From assembly GCA_965603825.1 (NCBI GenBank), contig CBFDEM010000054.1, forward strand, positions 62,001 to 126,000: DNA of 64,000 nucleotides. The letters are read 5' to 3'. The notes beneath the pieces are model-generated. The model ran no database searches, was not told the origin of the DNA, and saw nothing but the letters and a program-made list of their open reading frames with translations. The stretch is from Blepharisma stoltei ATCC 30299 (Eukaryota > Protista > Ciliophora). Of the stretch, positions 1-13,300 are shown piece after piece (position 1 is the first letter of the stretch; every line of letters begins with the position of its first letter). The translations under genes and the position numbers were made by a program.

Positions 1-438
1 GGCTTCGTCAAGGTTTTTTATTGCTCTTAGCCTTTCTTCGTTGCTTCTTTTTTCTTCGTTGATTACTTCTTGGATTCCGTCTTCTTTGGATTTAAATTCT
101 TCTTTTTTCTTGTCTAAGCCTTTTGTCATCAAGATAATTTTATTGTCAAGCTCTGCAATTTCGTGTATAAATGACCGAGAATGCTTTTTTACTCCATTCA
201 GCTCGTCCTCCATCTCTTTAATCCTATCTGATGTAGAGTTTCTATATTCATTGCACTTTGAGCTAATATCACAATTGTCGCAAATCCGCTTATTTTCTTT
301 CTTTTTCTTCGAATGAACGTCACATACTAATTTCCCACAGCTCTCACATGCAAATCCTGATGCTTTTTTCTTGAGAGCTAATCCACACATATAGCACTGA
401 TTAATTGCTTTAGGAGGTGAAGGGCTTGGTGAGCTCAT
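1..438 (-). CDS. FYVE-like zinc-finger plus coiled-coil protein (3' end runs off the window)
   Basis: ATG at 438, open to position 1: MSSPSPSPPKAINQCYMCG...FACESCGKLVCDVH...RICDNC, then a K/E-rich heptad region. FYVE-type Cys spacing but no R(R/K)HHCR motif. Confidence 0.7.
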   Translation of the reverse strand, partial: MSSPSPSPPKAINQCYMCGLALKKKASGFACESCGKLVCDVHSKKKKENKRICDNCDISSKCNEYRNSTSDRIKEMEDELNGVKKHSRSFIHEIAELDNKIILMTKGLDKKKEEFKSKEDGIQEVINEEKRSNEERLRAIKNLDEA

Positions 439-454
439 TTTAATGAATATTAAG

Positions 455-1012
455 CTAATTATCATTAACTTTATCAAAATCTAAGTTACTGGATTTGATT
501 TTCCGTTTTATAAACACGATTTTTCTTATTGGAGGGAATAGAATTTCGTTATCTAATTTTGGGCTGTTTGCAGGGAATGATATATCTATAACTGAGTCGT
601 TTGTATAATTCCCTTGTCGGCTAAAAGTTTGGCACCCAACGTCCAGACTTTTAAATATTTTAGGCTCTGAAAAATTTGATTTAGGCACAAAAAGTAGTTT
701 CCTAGCAAAGCTAGCTGGCTTTGGAGTAACATTTCTCTCAATTTTCTCTTGCGATCGATCATAAGAGTTAAGAAACGATCAGTTAATTCTCGAGCGGATA
801 GGAGAAGGATTTTTGCTGGTAAGCGGCAGAGTATTTTGATTATAATTCAGCTCGTTTTTCTTATATTTTCGTTTTAATAAAAAGCTCTTTGGAGTTGGAG
901 TGCTGCAGAAAAAAGGTCACTTAGCTAAAAGCATATTATCAATTTTTTTAAGAGTCAATAGGCAATCTTTTCGAGAATTATAATCTCCTGAATTATTTGA
1001 TTCTTTTTTCAT
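455..1012 (-). CDS. Hypothetical basic protein, ~185 aa (2 in-frame TGA=Trp)
   Basis: ATG at 1012 is in frame with track ORF 455..688; only TGA codons interrupt it; TAG stop at 455-457. Confidence 0.6.
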
Positions 1013-1310
1013 ATTATCTTAATATATTACCTTATTGATCTATTTAATTTCTAGCGTTTCACTATTTAATTTCCTACCTTTACATCTTATTTTTCTGCAA
1101 TATCAATCTATTATATCTTCTTTTGCTAAATAAATTCTCAGTCATTCGATAAAATCATATCAATTTAAATATTCAAATTTTCCATATACTTTAAATCTAT
1201 CTCAGAATCAATAAATTTCTCATGAAATTATACTTTTTCTGATCCCTCACTACCTTTTCTTATTCTCTCTATCCTAATTCTCACATCCTTTCCGTAGATT
1301 CATAAAATTA

Positions 1311-4300
1311 ATGGTGATTCTGTTTCTTTTCTTATCTCTTGCTCAGGCAGCAAATGTTTTGAAATGAACAACTCAGCCTACTTCTGTAATTATAACATAG
1401 ACAACTTTAGGCGGCACTTTATCATCAGTCTCCGTTTCTGTTGTAGATTCAACCACCCAAGCAGTTCAAGCAAGCGCGACTGGCACTATTATTGTAGTTT
1501 TGGACTCTGGAACACTAACTGGAAGCACTCGGGTGGCTTTGTCCTCAGGAGTCGCTTCTTTTACTACTTTATCGCCTTGAACAGCTGGAAGTCGCTACTT
1601 GGTCGCATTTTCAGCTTCTTTAGATCCGGTTTACTCATCAACTTTTACAGTCGCTCAGGCTTATCCGTATTATATGACCATTTCTGGGTCGGCAACAGCG
1701 ACAACAGGCACGACTGGAGGGACTTGAACGGTGACTTTATATGATTATCTTGGAAACTTATATACATCTGCATACTCAGTTACTATGACACTTTATGGAA
1801 GTGATCCGACTGCAACATTAGGCGGAACAACGACAGTAACTACCTCAAGTGGAGTCGCAACATTCAGCACGTTAACAATAAGCAAATCAGGCACTTTTTA
1901 CCTATACCCTACCATTTCTGGGACTTCTATAGTCCCTAATGCTATATCAGTAACAGTTTCTGGCCCATCAACACCAGCCTCTATGCAATTTTCAAGCCTT
2001 GGCAGTATTGGGATTGGGGATACATTTTCAGTGACTGTCGGGTTTTATGATGCTAGCGGAAATCTGTTAACAAATTCAGCAAGTATAACACTAACTATAA
2101 ATTCTGGAGCCTTAGGAGGAACTACCACGCAAACTTCAAGCAGTGGACAAGCAACTTTTTCTTCAATTTACATGGACTCTACAACTACTACAGGATCCAA
2201 AACATTGACAGCTACCTGCGCCACATATTCTTCTATGACAGCCACCACTACATTTACAGCTATAAGAACTGCCGCTTTAGTCTTTACTTTATCAAGTGAG
2301 CCACAAGTCTATGCTAATGTCGGAACTTACACCTACACTCTCAAGCTGTCAGTAGCACCCCAATCCGGTGTCTCAGTCTCTATTACTAGTGCTGATACTT
2401 CAAAAATTACAGTTTCCCCTTCTTCTATATCATTTACATCTTCTGATTATAACACTGCCCAAACAATAACTTTAACAATCGATTCTAGTGCTTTTACTTC
2501 TTCATCTCCAATGCAGACTGATATAAATATTAACCATGATATGACTAGTAGCAGTGATGATAATTATAAAACTTATGGGCTGCTCACAGGCTGTGACCAA
2601 ATTTCTGGAAGTTCTGGGTCTGGGACGCTGACTATGACAGTTATAAGTACATATGCAGCAGGAATGGTAGAAATTAAGGGGACGTTTTATGCACAAGAAG
2701 GCACCCCAGAAACTTATTATGTGTTTTTGTCAGCAGCGCCGACTTCTACTGTTACTATTACTCCTACACAATCAGAGTTTACTTTTAGCCCTTCTGATTT
2801 ATCATTTGATTCAACTAATTATGGAACTGGCCAAGCTGTTACTTATACTGCGCCTACAGGGACAATTGGCAAACTTTCTTACGAAAAGATAAGCATCTCC
2901 CACTCCATCTCTACAAGTGATGAAAAATTTAAATACGCGGTAGCTCCGAGTGCCGAAATTGTAATAGTCAGTGCTTCTTCAAGCATTTATAAAGTCATCC
3001 AATCAACTTGGCCAGTTATATATGAAGGTTCTACTACAACAACTGCCATTTATACAATTTCTTTATCACAACCGCCTTCATCTTCTTATACAGTTACCAT
3101 AAATCTTTCTACCTCAGCACCTCTTTCTGTATCTCCTACGTCCCTTTCTTTTAGTTCTTCTGATTATTCAACAGCTCAAACTGTGACTATTACTTATACA
3201 CGTGATTCTACTCAAAGAGCTATGACTTATTATGTGAAAATTTCTCATTCAGTTTCATCGTCTGATAATGCTTACGATAATATGGAAAATTTCTCAATCG
3301 CGAAGGACTTGAATGTTTTTGTTATAAATAGCTGCTCTTATGGACAATATACAGATCCTACTAACGGAGGCGGCTGTGGAAACTGTCCTGAAGGATATGA
3401 ATGCCCAGACCCTGTAACTAAAACTGCATGTAGCGCAGGCTATTATAGTCCTGCAGGCAAATTCACCTGCTTACCTTGTCCTCCAGGATACTCTTGTGCA
3501 GCTGCTGCTGCAGCTGCTGCTTGTTCATCAGGATATTATTCATTAGGCTTCGCAAGTTCATGCACACAATGTGCTGCAGGCTATGCTTGTATAAGTGCAA
3601 GTGCTCCTCCAGCAGAGTGTCCTTTAGGAACTTATTCAGCCGCAGGTGCTACAAGCTGTACAACATTGACTGGCGATTTAGTAGGCTGGCCAAACCAAAC
3701 GCCTACCTCATGTTCATCAGGGACTATTCCTTCAGTTATGAGAACTCACTGTGAAACTTGTCCTGCAGGCTGGTATTGCAATGATCCGACAACGCGAACT
3801 ATGGCTATTTGTCCTGTTGGAAGTTATGCAGCACCTGGGAGCTCTTCTTGCACGAGTTGTCCAGCTGGACATGCTTGCTCTAGAAGTGAAGATTTAGGGG
3901 TTTGTCCTGATGGATATTATAGCGATGATGGGGTAGGATCATGCATTGAGTGCCCTCCTGGCTCATATTGTGCTTCAGGTACTAAAACAACTTGTTCTGG
4001 GTCGTCACAATATGGCCAAACAGCATGCCAACAGTGTCCTGCAGACTATTATTGTCCTGAAGGCCTTCCGCCTATCCCTTGTCCTCCTGGATATGCTTCT
4101 ACAGCAGGCGACGGTGTTTGTACAAAATGCAACCTTGGACAATATAGAGGGGTTGGTCAATGCTTAGACTGTCCAGTAGGGTATTTTTGTCCTTCTCCAG
4201 TAGCTCCTCCTTACCCTTGCTTTTTTGGGACTTATACGTCGACTACAGGTCAAAGCACTTGTACAGCATGCTCTAGTGGATATACTTGTGACCAAGGCTC

Positions 4301-7300
4301 TAGTTCTGCTACCCAATATGCATGCCCGAATGGTTTTAGCTGCAGCTCAGTTCTTGTAGATGGGTCATCTCAATATGCAACTTGGCCTAAACCATGTCCC
4401 ATAGGATATTATGGATCAGGCTGCACCACCAGCTGTCCGGCTGGGTATTATTGTCCTGGAGGCACTATTGATTACCAAAAATTCCCATGCCCTCCTGGCC
4501 ATTATTGTGCATTAGGATTGTCTACCCCTACTTCATGTTCAGCAAATACATATAACCCTAATTGGGAATCTACAAGCTCTTCTGCTTGCACTGCATGCTC
4601 TGCTGGATATTTTAGCTATGCAGGATCTCCTCGACAACTGGTATGTCCTCCTGGGAGTTATTGTACAGGCTCAGCTAGTCCAGCGCAATGTGCTGCAGGT
4701 ACTTACTTTTTTGGTCTTGGAGCATCTTCCTCGTCAAATTGCTTAACCTGTCCTAAAGGTTATTATTGCCTTCAAGGTTCCATTCAGCCTACTCCATGTC
4801 CTATTTATTACTATTCAAGCTCTACAGGACTGACTCAAGCTTCTGACTGCACCAAATGTCCAGCTGGCACTTATTGCCCAGTGACCCGAAGAACGGATAC
4901 AAGTATTCAATTGCCATGTTGGCCTGGCTATTATTGTACATCTGGCTCAGCCCCAACTCAAAACTCTGCAGGCTATATTTGCGAATCAACAAGCTTAACC
5001 TCCAGCTCTGACTGCACCACAAGTTGTCTAGCAGGATACTACTGCCCTGCAGGTACAGCTGATTCTCGTCAGCCGAAAATTCCTTGTCCAGCTGGATCTT
5101 ACTGTCCAAGTGGCGCAAGCTCAGCTTCAAAATGTCCAGCAGGCTACTGGTCCAATAAAAATTATTTAACAGCTTCTACTGAATGCTCGCCTTGTCCTGC
5201 CGGCTACTATTGCACCCAAGGAACGTCTACAGGATGCACTTCTCCCTCTCTCTGCAAACCCGGCTTTTATTGTCCTCCTATGACCACTGCTTATGATTCC
5301 AACCCTTGTCCAGCTGGTACATATTCTCCATACGCAGGTTTAAGATTTAGCGCAGAATGTATCACTTGCCCTAAAGGTTACTACTGTCCATATACATCTA
5401 CAGGCTTGCAGAAGCCTACAGCTTCAGGCACAGGATATGCAGTGACTACAGCAGGTGCTTCATCTAGAACTGCATGCACAGCTGGGTACTATTGTCCGTC
5501 TAACGTTAACTCAGTTATGCTGCCTTGTGGAAAAGGCTACTATTCCTCCTCACAGCAAACCTCATGCACTCAATGTACCGCTGGTTATTACTGCCCTCTT
5601 AATAACACCTCAACGAGTTCTATGAACTTAAACCCATGCCCTGCTGGCTTATACTGTCCGATTGGCACTGATCATTATCCTACAAACCTTTATGATAGAT
5701 GTCCAGCTGGCTACTATTGTATCCAAGCTACTTCAAGTCCAACTGCATGCTCAGCAGGTACTTTGAGATCACTACCTGGAGGCTCTCAGTCTTCAGACTG
5801 CACAAATGTCCCAGCTGGGTACTATGTTTCATCAACAGGAGCTACAAAACCAGACGGAGTGTGTGCTACTGGCTATGTCTGTCCAGCCGGCAGTACTTCT
5901 GCTACTGCGACTGCATGTGCCCAAGGGACATTCAGAATGATTACAGGAGGCACCACTTCTACTGACTGTGGAGAATGTCCGGCAGGGTTTTATTGTCCAT
6001 CTGGAGCTACTACGCCTACGATATGTCCTGTCGGAAACTACTGTCCAGCTGGGTCATCTTCTCCTACAGCTTGTGCTGAAGGGACTTTTAACCCAGGAAC
6101 TCAAATGATTAGATCATCTGACTGTATATCTTGTCCAGCAGGCTACTATTGTTCAGGTACTGGGCAAAGCACAACTACAGGCCAATGCACAGCTGGGTAC
6201 TACTGTTCAGGAGGTAATATAGATACTTATGGCGCTACTACTTCTTCAAGTTCTCCAAATCTATGCCCAAGCGGAGGGTACTGCCCTACAGGAACTGCTG
6301 TCCCAATCCCATGTAGTCCTGGCAAATATTTGCCATCTAGTGGTAAATCATCATCAAGTGATTGTCAGGGCTGTCCAGCGGGGAAATATTGTGCAGGTGC
6401 TACAAGCTCTCCTACTGGGGACTGTAAAGCTGGATTTTACTGCACAGGATCATCTGCTACAGATAGCCAAAATATAGCAAGAGCTGGGTATTATACAAGT
6501 TCTGGTGCTTCATCAGATGTTGCATGCTCTGCAGGGACTTATAACCCTGCTCAAGGTCAAAGTTCATGTCTTACTTGTCCAGATGGTTTTTATTGCCCAA
6601 CTACTGCTATGACTGCTCCTACAATTTGTCCTGCAGGGTATTACTGTCCAAGTGGCTCAACAACTTATACTGCATGTGCTGCGGGTACTTATAATCTTTG
6701 GACAGGCATGAAATCTTCTAGCGATTGTGTGAGTTGCCCAAGTGGATATGCCTGCACTACTACAGCAATTTCGGCAACATCAAGCATGATTCAATGCAGC
6801 GCTGGCTATTGGTGTTTAACAGGAGCAAGCTCAGCAACTCCAAGCGATGTTTCTGGAAAATATGGCTCATGCCCTCAAGGCTACTACTGTCCTGCTGGGA
6901 GTGGAGCCCCAACTCCTTGCCCTCCAGGCACCTACGGAGCTTCAACTGGGCTTCAATCCTCAAGTCAGTGCACAGACTGTCCTGCAGGCAAATATTGTAT
7001 GGGCTTAGGTTTAACTGCAGTGTCCGGATCTTGTTCAGCTGGCTACTACTGTCCTACTAAAACTACGATCCCTAATCCAATTGCTACCATATGCAGTGCA
7101 GGCTATTATTGTGCAGCAGGAGTTGGCTCACAAACTCAAGTCCCAGCTGGGTATTATCAGCCAAATAAAGGCCAGTCTACTTACATTGATTGCCCAGCAG
7201 GTTTTTATTGTCAATTGGGAACTTCAAGTTATATTAACTATGAATGCCTACAAGGCTACTATTGTCCTAAAAATACAGGATCAAGCAATGCTTATCCATG

Positions 7301-10300
7301 CCCAGCTGGAACTTATAACCCTATCGCAGGTGGACAAAGCAGCACATGGTGCTTAAGCTGTGACGCTGGAAAGTACTGTTCAGGAATTGGGCAATACCAA
7401 ACTACTGGAAGTTGTACTGCAGGTTATTATTGTCCAACAGGTACAAGTACAGCTACTCCATCAACTACCTATTGTACTGCAGGATATTATTGCCCTACAG
7501 GAAGCTCTGAGAAAAAAGTATGCGACGCAGGTTATTATTGCTCAGGTGATTATGCAACAGGTAAAACTGGCCAGTGCAGTGCAGGGTATTACTGCATATC
7601 TAAGGCAACAACAGCTACCCCTGAAGATGGGACAACAGGAAATAAATGTCCTGCTGGTTATTATTGCGGAATTGGAAGTATTGCTCCAACACCTTGCCCT
7701 GCTGGTACTTATAACAGTGATCAAGAAAAATCTTCATCCACAGACTGCCAGACATGTCCTCAAGGATATTATTGCCAAGGATCAGCATTAACTGGCACTT
7801 CTGGTTCATGTGCAGCAGGATGGTATTGTCCAGCTGGCTCGAAAACAGCTAATGCAAATGAATGTACAGCAGGCCACCAATGCCCAGAAGGGAGTTATCA
7901 AGAAACTGCGTGCACATCAGGAACGTACCAACCTCAAAAATTGCAGTCTTCTTGTGCGACCTGTCCTGCAGGCTATTATTGCAATGGGAGTGCCTTAACT
8001 GTTGCCACAATCTGCCCAGCTGGATATTTTTGTCCTTCAGGAACAGGAGCTTATACAGGAAATGCTTGTGGTGCTGGAACATATAATCCTGCTACCGGGA
8101 TGAGTGACTCATCTTCTTGTTTGACATGCCCTCCTGGTAGCTATTGCACAGGAGCTGACCCATCAGTTATTACAGGAACATGTGACGCCGGCTGTTATTG
8201 CAGTGGAGGAGCAACAAGTTCGTGTCAATATTCATGCTCGGCAGGATATTACTGTCCTTCAGGATCTGCTATAGCAATAGAATGTCCGCCTGGGAAATAC
8301 TGTGCAACTTCAAATCTACACGCACCCACTGGCTCTTGTACTGAAGGGTATCTCTGCATCCTTAAAGCGACAACTCCAACACCAACAGACGGCACTACAG
8401 GAAGAGAGTGTGTAGCAGGGACATACTGCACTTCTGGGACAGATCATGAAATCCCTTGTGACATTGGAACTTTTTCAACTGCGACTGCGCGGATATCAAG
8501 CTCTACCTGTGGTTTATGCACTGCAGGATCATATTGTGACGTTCTAGGGGCTACTGGAGTGACTGGAAGCTGCCATGCAGGATTTTATTGTGTAGCTGGG
8601 TCAACTACTGATAGGCCTAAAAGCGGGATTTGTCCTGTAGGAAAATATTGTCCAAGTGGAGCAGCAACTTATACAAGTTGTGATCCAGGTTATTATAATA
8701 ATATTCAAGGCCAGTCTTCTTGCTTCTCTTGTCCTGCTGGCTTTATATGTGCTGGAGATACAAGTGATCCTGTACAGTGTGATCCTGGGTATTATTGCAC
8801 TGGAGGAAACTATGACCCTGGCAATTATCCTCAATGTGCGGCTAGAACTTATAACCCATTTTATGGGCAATCAGCATGTTTGGATTGCCCTATTGGATTT
8901 GATTGCCCTGATGGAGCTACAGCGCCTACTGTTTGTCCAGCTGGATATTACTGTCCTGAAGGTGTTGGAAAAACTATTTGCCCAAGCGGGACTTATTCAG
9001 AAATCACAGGACTGCAGTCAGCCAGCAATTGTAAGCCATGCCCTACAGGAAGCTACTGCACTTCTGGTGCTATAACTGGAGACTGTTCAGCAGGGTACTT
9101 CTGCCAAGGAGGAAACTCTGTGCCAAACCCTAATGATATAAAAACTGACACTGTATATGGCATCAAATGTCCTACAGGCTACTATTGCGAAGCTGGAACT
9201 ACCTTACCCACCCCTTGTCCTTATGGCAAATTCACTACCACTACAGGTGCAACTTCTGCATCAGACTGTCAAGTCTGCACAGCTGGCTATTACTGTATCC
9301 CAGGAGACCCCACCCCTTATGCATGTCCTGCTGGCGCTTATTGTCCAACCGCCAGCAACTCCCCTACCTGGTGCCCTACCTTGACCTATTCTTCTACGAC
9401 CATGGCTACTACCAGTGCTACTTGTATATCCTGCCCTGCTGGCTACTTGTGTACAAGCACAGGTATAGGTGACTATAAAAGATTCCCATGTCCTCCTGGG
9501 AGCTATTGTACGGCTGGCTCTACTACTTCTACACAGTGTCCTGCAGGGACTTGGGCTGCAAAATCAGCAACTGCAAGTGCAAGTGACTGTGACGAATGTC
9601 CGGCTGGTTCTTACTGCTTACTTGGAGCGACCACTATTAACCCTTGTCAAGATTGGACTTGGTGTGATACTGGAAGTTCTAAAGAAGGCACTTGTCCAGG
9701 CGGCTATTACTGTCACCAGAACCAAACAGAGCTGGTTTCTTGTATGGCTGGGTTTTATTGTCCTGAAACCCCAGATGTCATTACCACTCCTACACCTCCT
9801 TATAGATGTGACGTCGGGACTTATTGTCCGCCAGGCTCTAATAGTCCTACAAACTGTCCAAATGGCTATATATATGTCCCATACTCTCAAAGGAAAGTCC
9901 TATGGCAATCCTGCATTTCTTGTACAGCAGGATACTACGCTGCATCTGATAATACTTGTAAAGAATGCAATGCAGGCTATTACTGTGCAGATGGGGCTTC
10001 TTCAGCGACTCCAGAATCTTTAGACGCTGATGGAGGCTACCCATGTCCTACCGGCTATTACTGCACAAAGGCAACTCCAGCTCCAGTCGCATGTCCAGCT
10101 GGGACTTATAACAAATATACTGATGGTAAAAGTATTGGAGACTGTATACCTTGCCCAACTAATACTTATTCAGACGTAGAAGGCTCATCAGGCTGCTATC
10201 CTTGTGGTCCTAATGCTAGGGCAACTGAAGGTCAAACCACTTGTAACTGTGTAGGCGTTAATAGATCTTATATGAAAAGAGATGGTACATGCAGATGCAC

Positions 10301-13300
10301 CCCAGGCTATGCTTTTTATACAGACGGAATTAATTCATCTGACGACGACTCTGAACAAGACTGTGTCAGCCTTGTAAGACCTTTATGTCAGTCTGGCTAT
10401 GTCAGAGATCTATCAGGAGACTGTGTCCAGCGCTCAGACTGCTCATCACAATGCCAAGGTGGAAGTGGGAAAAGAAACCCTGACTCAGGCATCTGCTTTT
10501 GTGAAAACACTTATAGTACAGCTGACGTCTGTGATACCAGCTGCCAAGGCAACCTTACTACAGTCGTCCTAAATAATGATGGGACTTTTACAGTCAATTC
10601 TACCAAATGGATCGGAAAAAGAAAAATCACAGAGATTGAAGTCGTCGATTTCCAAAGCACTGATGGGTATACAGGCAGAGTTTATTGCCAAGACGGGTAC
10701 TCTTGTAATGTGAAAACTATTGAAATTGATGAGACTACTAAAGCTTTTACTTCAAATTTGCAGCCGAAACCGTTTTTGGAAGCGACTGGGAGAAGACTGG
10801 CAAGCGATGATAAAAAATTGATGAACCCTGTGGTGTGTTTAGAACTAGGGGAAAGTATGGTTTTTACGATACCTACGGTAAATGATTATCCTTATTATAT
10901 GAAAGACTCAGTACTGAATACAAATCCTAGCTTTGACTATGGGCCTTTCTTAGAGCTTGAACAAGTAATTAAGGGAGGTCAAAATGTAAAATATTTTGCT
11001 TATACTTTTAGAGAAGCAGGGAGATATGTGTTTGCGACGAATTCTGATAAAAATAACGTGTTGATTATAAGTGTGATGAGCTCAGATCAGCAGTGCTCGT
11101 CTCCACAGATTAGAGAAAGAAGTGCAGGGACGGTTACAAAGGCAGGAGTTTATCAAGATCATGATATAAATGAAGAAACTGACTGGAAAATTTTCTTATT
11201 CATGATGATGGTCTTTTTGCTTTTCATCATTTTCTTATCAACTGTCCAGATTTTCCATAGAAGAGCCCAAAAACGTCTCATCAAGAAAAACCTAGAAGAT
11301 TTTAAGAAAACGCTAGAATCTCAAGCTGCCGTAATTAAAGGAAACGATGAGTCTGTAGTTGATGACCAGCCAGCAGGCCGACAAGTGGTTGCAGGAGCTC
11401 TGAATCCTCAGCTTTTCCAAGCAATTTATGAAAAACTGTTAGAATTATCAGAATTAATGAGAAGTGGCATTAAAAGCCGAAAAGACAAAAGCGCAGAAGA
11501 GCTTGCAAGCTTACTGGAATCTCTCAAAGACCTTAAAAATGTAATCTCAGGAGCGCTAAACCCTAACGCTGTTTCTTCCGGCGCAAACCAGAATTACGAA
11601 GAAGAGATGGCCTATATTGCTTCTTTAAATAAGCTTGACCCCAAGTCAGAGTCAGAAACCAAAAAGCTTCAAGAAAAAATAAAAAATGACCCTAAGCTTG
11701 AAGAAGACCAGAAGCAAGCCCTTTTAGAAGAACTTAACGAAAACTTATCTAATCTAGAAGCACAACTCGCTGAAGACCGCGTCCATGCTGAAAACACCCT
11801 TAAAAATCGCATTGAAGAAAGAAGCAAACGAAGGAGAGAACTTCTACAAAAGAAAAATGCACTCGAAGAAGAAGAGAGACAAGCTAAAGAAAGAATGCAA
11901 AGAGAGTTAAAAGATGCAGAAAATCTTGCCCAAGAAGCTGAAAAAGAATACGAAAAAGAAAAAAGACGAGCCAGAGAAAGAATTTTTGGAAATGTCGCGA
12001 AAAACATGAGGAAAGAAATTTTGGAAAATATAAGGAGAAATCCTGAAAAAGAAGAGGAAATTTTAAGTCAGTATGAAAGAGAAATGGAAGCCATGGAACA
12101 GAATTTGACTGACGAAAAAGGCATGCAGCATAGAGATCTCATGAGGAGAATTGAAGAAAGAAGGAACAGAAAGCGAGGGGATGCCCAAAACCGAGCTGAT
12201 GCTGCTAAAGAAGAATACCATGAAGCTTCAAAAGAACTGGAAAAAGTCAATAAATATATAGAACTGCTTAATTCTTTCGAACAAAATATTGATGTGCAAA
12301 CAAGTCCAACAATTAAACAAATAGGCATAAGTGAAGCTGATGAAAGAGTGATCGATAGAAGATTTGAAGATCAACAAAAACAGTCAGATATTGCACATGA
12401 CTCAGTAAAGTCGCAGCTTGAAAAGCAGAAGCAGAAGCTGTTCACTGAGCTGTCAAAGGCATCAAATACTTCAGAGAGAGATGATATATTGGAAAATCTA
12501 AGAAATATTGAAAACCAAATTGATGACGCAAATAGACAAAGAGAACAAGACCAGAAAAGAATTTTAGCTGAGCGTCTACAAGAAAGGCAGCGGCTGAGAA
12601 GAGAAAAGAAACAAAGAGCTCAAGAAGCTGAAAAAGAAGTCGCCAGTGAGCAAAAAGTTAATACGGAGCAGTTTAGAAAGAATGAAGATAGAATGAAAAA
12701 ATTGGAAGATTTGATAAAGAGCTTGCCAAAAGATGAGCAAATTGAAACTGTCAAACAGCTGCTAGCAGATAAGCATGATAGAGAACTAATTGAGCTTCAA
12801 AATCTGCAACAGAAGAGAGCTGCTGATATCCATGCTGAAAAGCTAAGAAACTCTTTAGAAAATAAGGCAGCTGCTATTAAAGGAGCCCAAAAGCATCTTG
12901 CAGAGGTTCCTGACAACCAAAAGCAAGCATACGTAGCTTCATTGATTTTAGAAAATGACCAAGAGACTCAAAAAGATTTCGAAAATACCTGGCATGACCA
13001 TCAAAAGAAATGCAATGATGAACTCCTGAAACTACTCGACAAACAAATGAATGAAGTCAAAGAAACGATAAGACGGCTTGGAGTTGACTCAGCCGTTAAC
13101 CCAGAAATGCAGAAATTAAACGATGATTTCTTAAAACGACAAGCCGATATGGAAAGAGAAGCCAACGAACGAATGGACGCTCTTGAAAGGCAGAGAAACG
13201 ACCTAGAAAAACTTGCAAGAGAGAAAAAAGAAGAGCTAGAAAGCCAAATGGCAGAAGCAAGACACCAAGCTGAAATTGAAAGAGTAAGAAAAGAACTGTT

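Noticed and set aside
1364-1744. 126-aa track ORF upstream of the giant ORF
   Set aside because: It is an off-frame shadow of the giant gene's real 5' region (ATG 1311 frame).
3498-3521. (GCW)n microsatellite
   Set aside because: It is a short poly-Ala coding run inside a Cys module.
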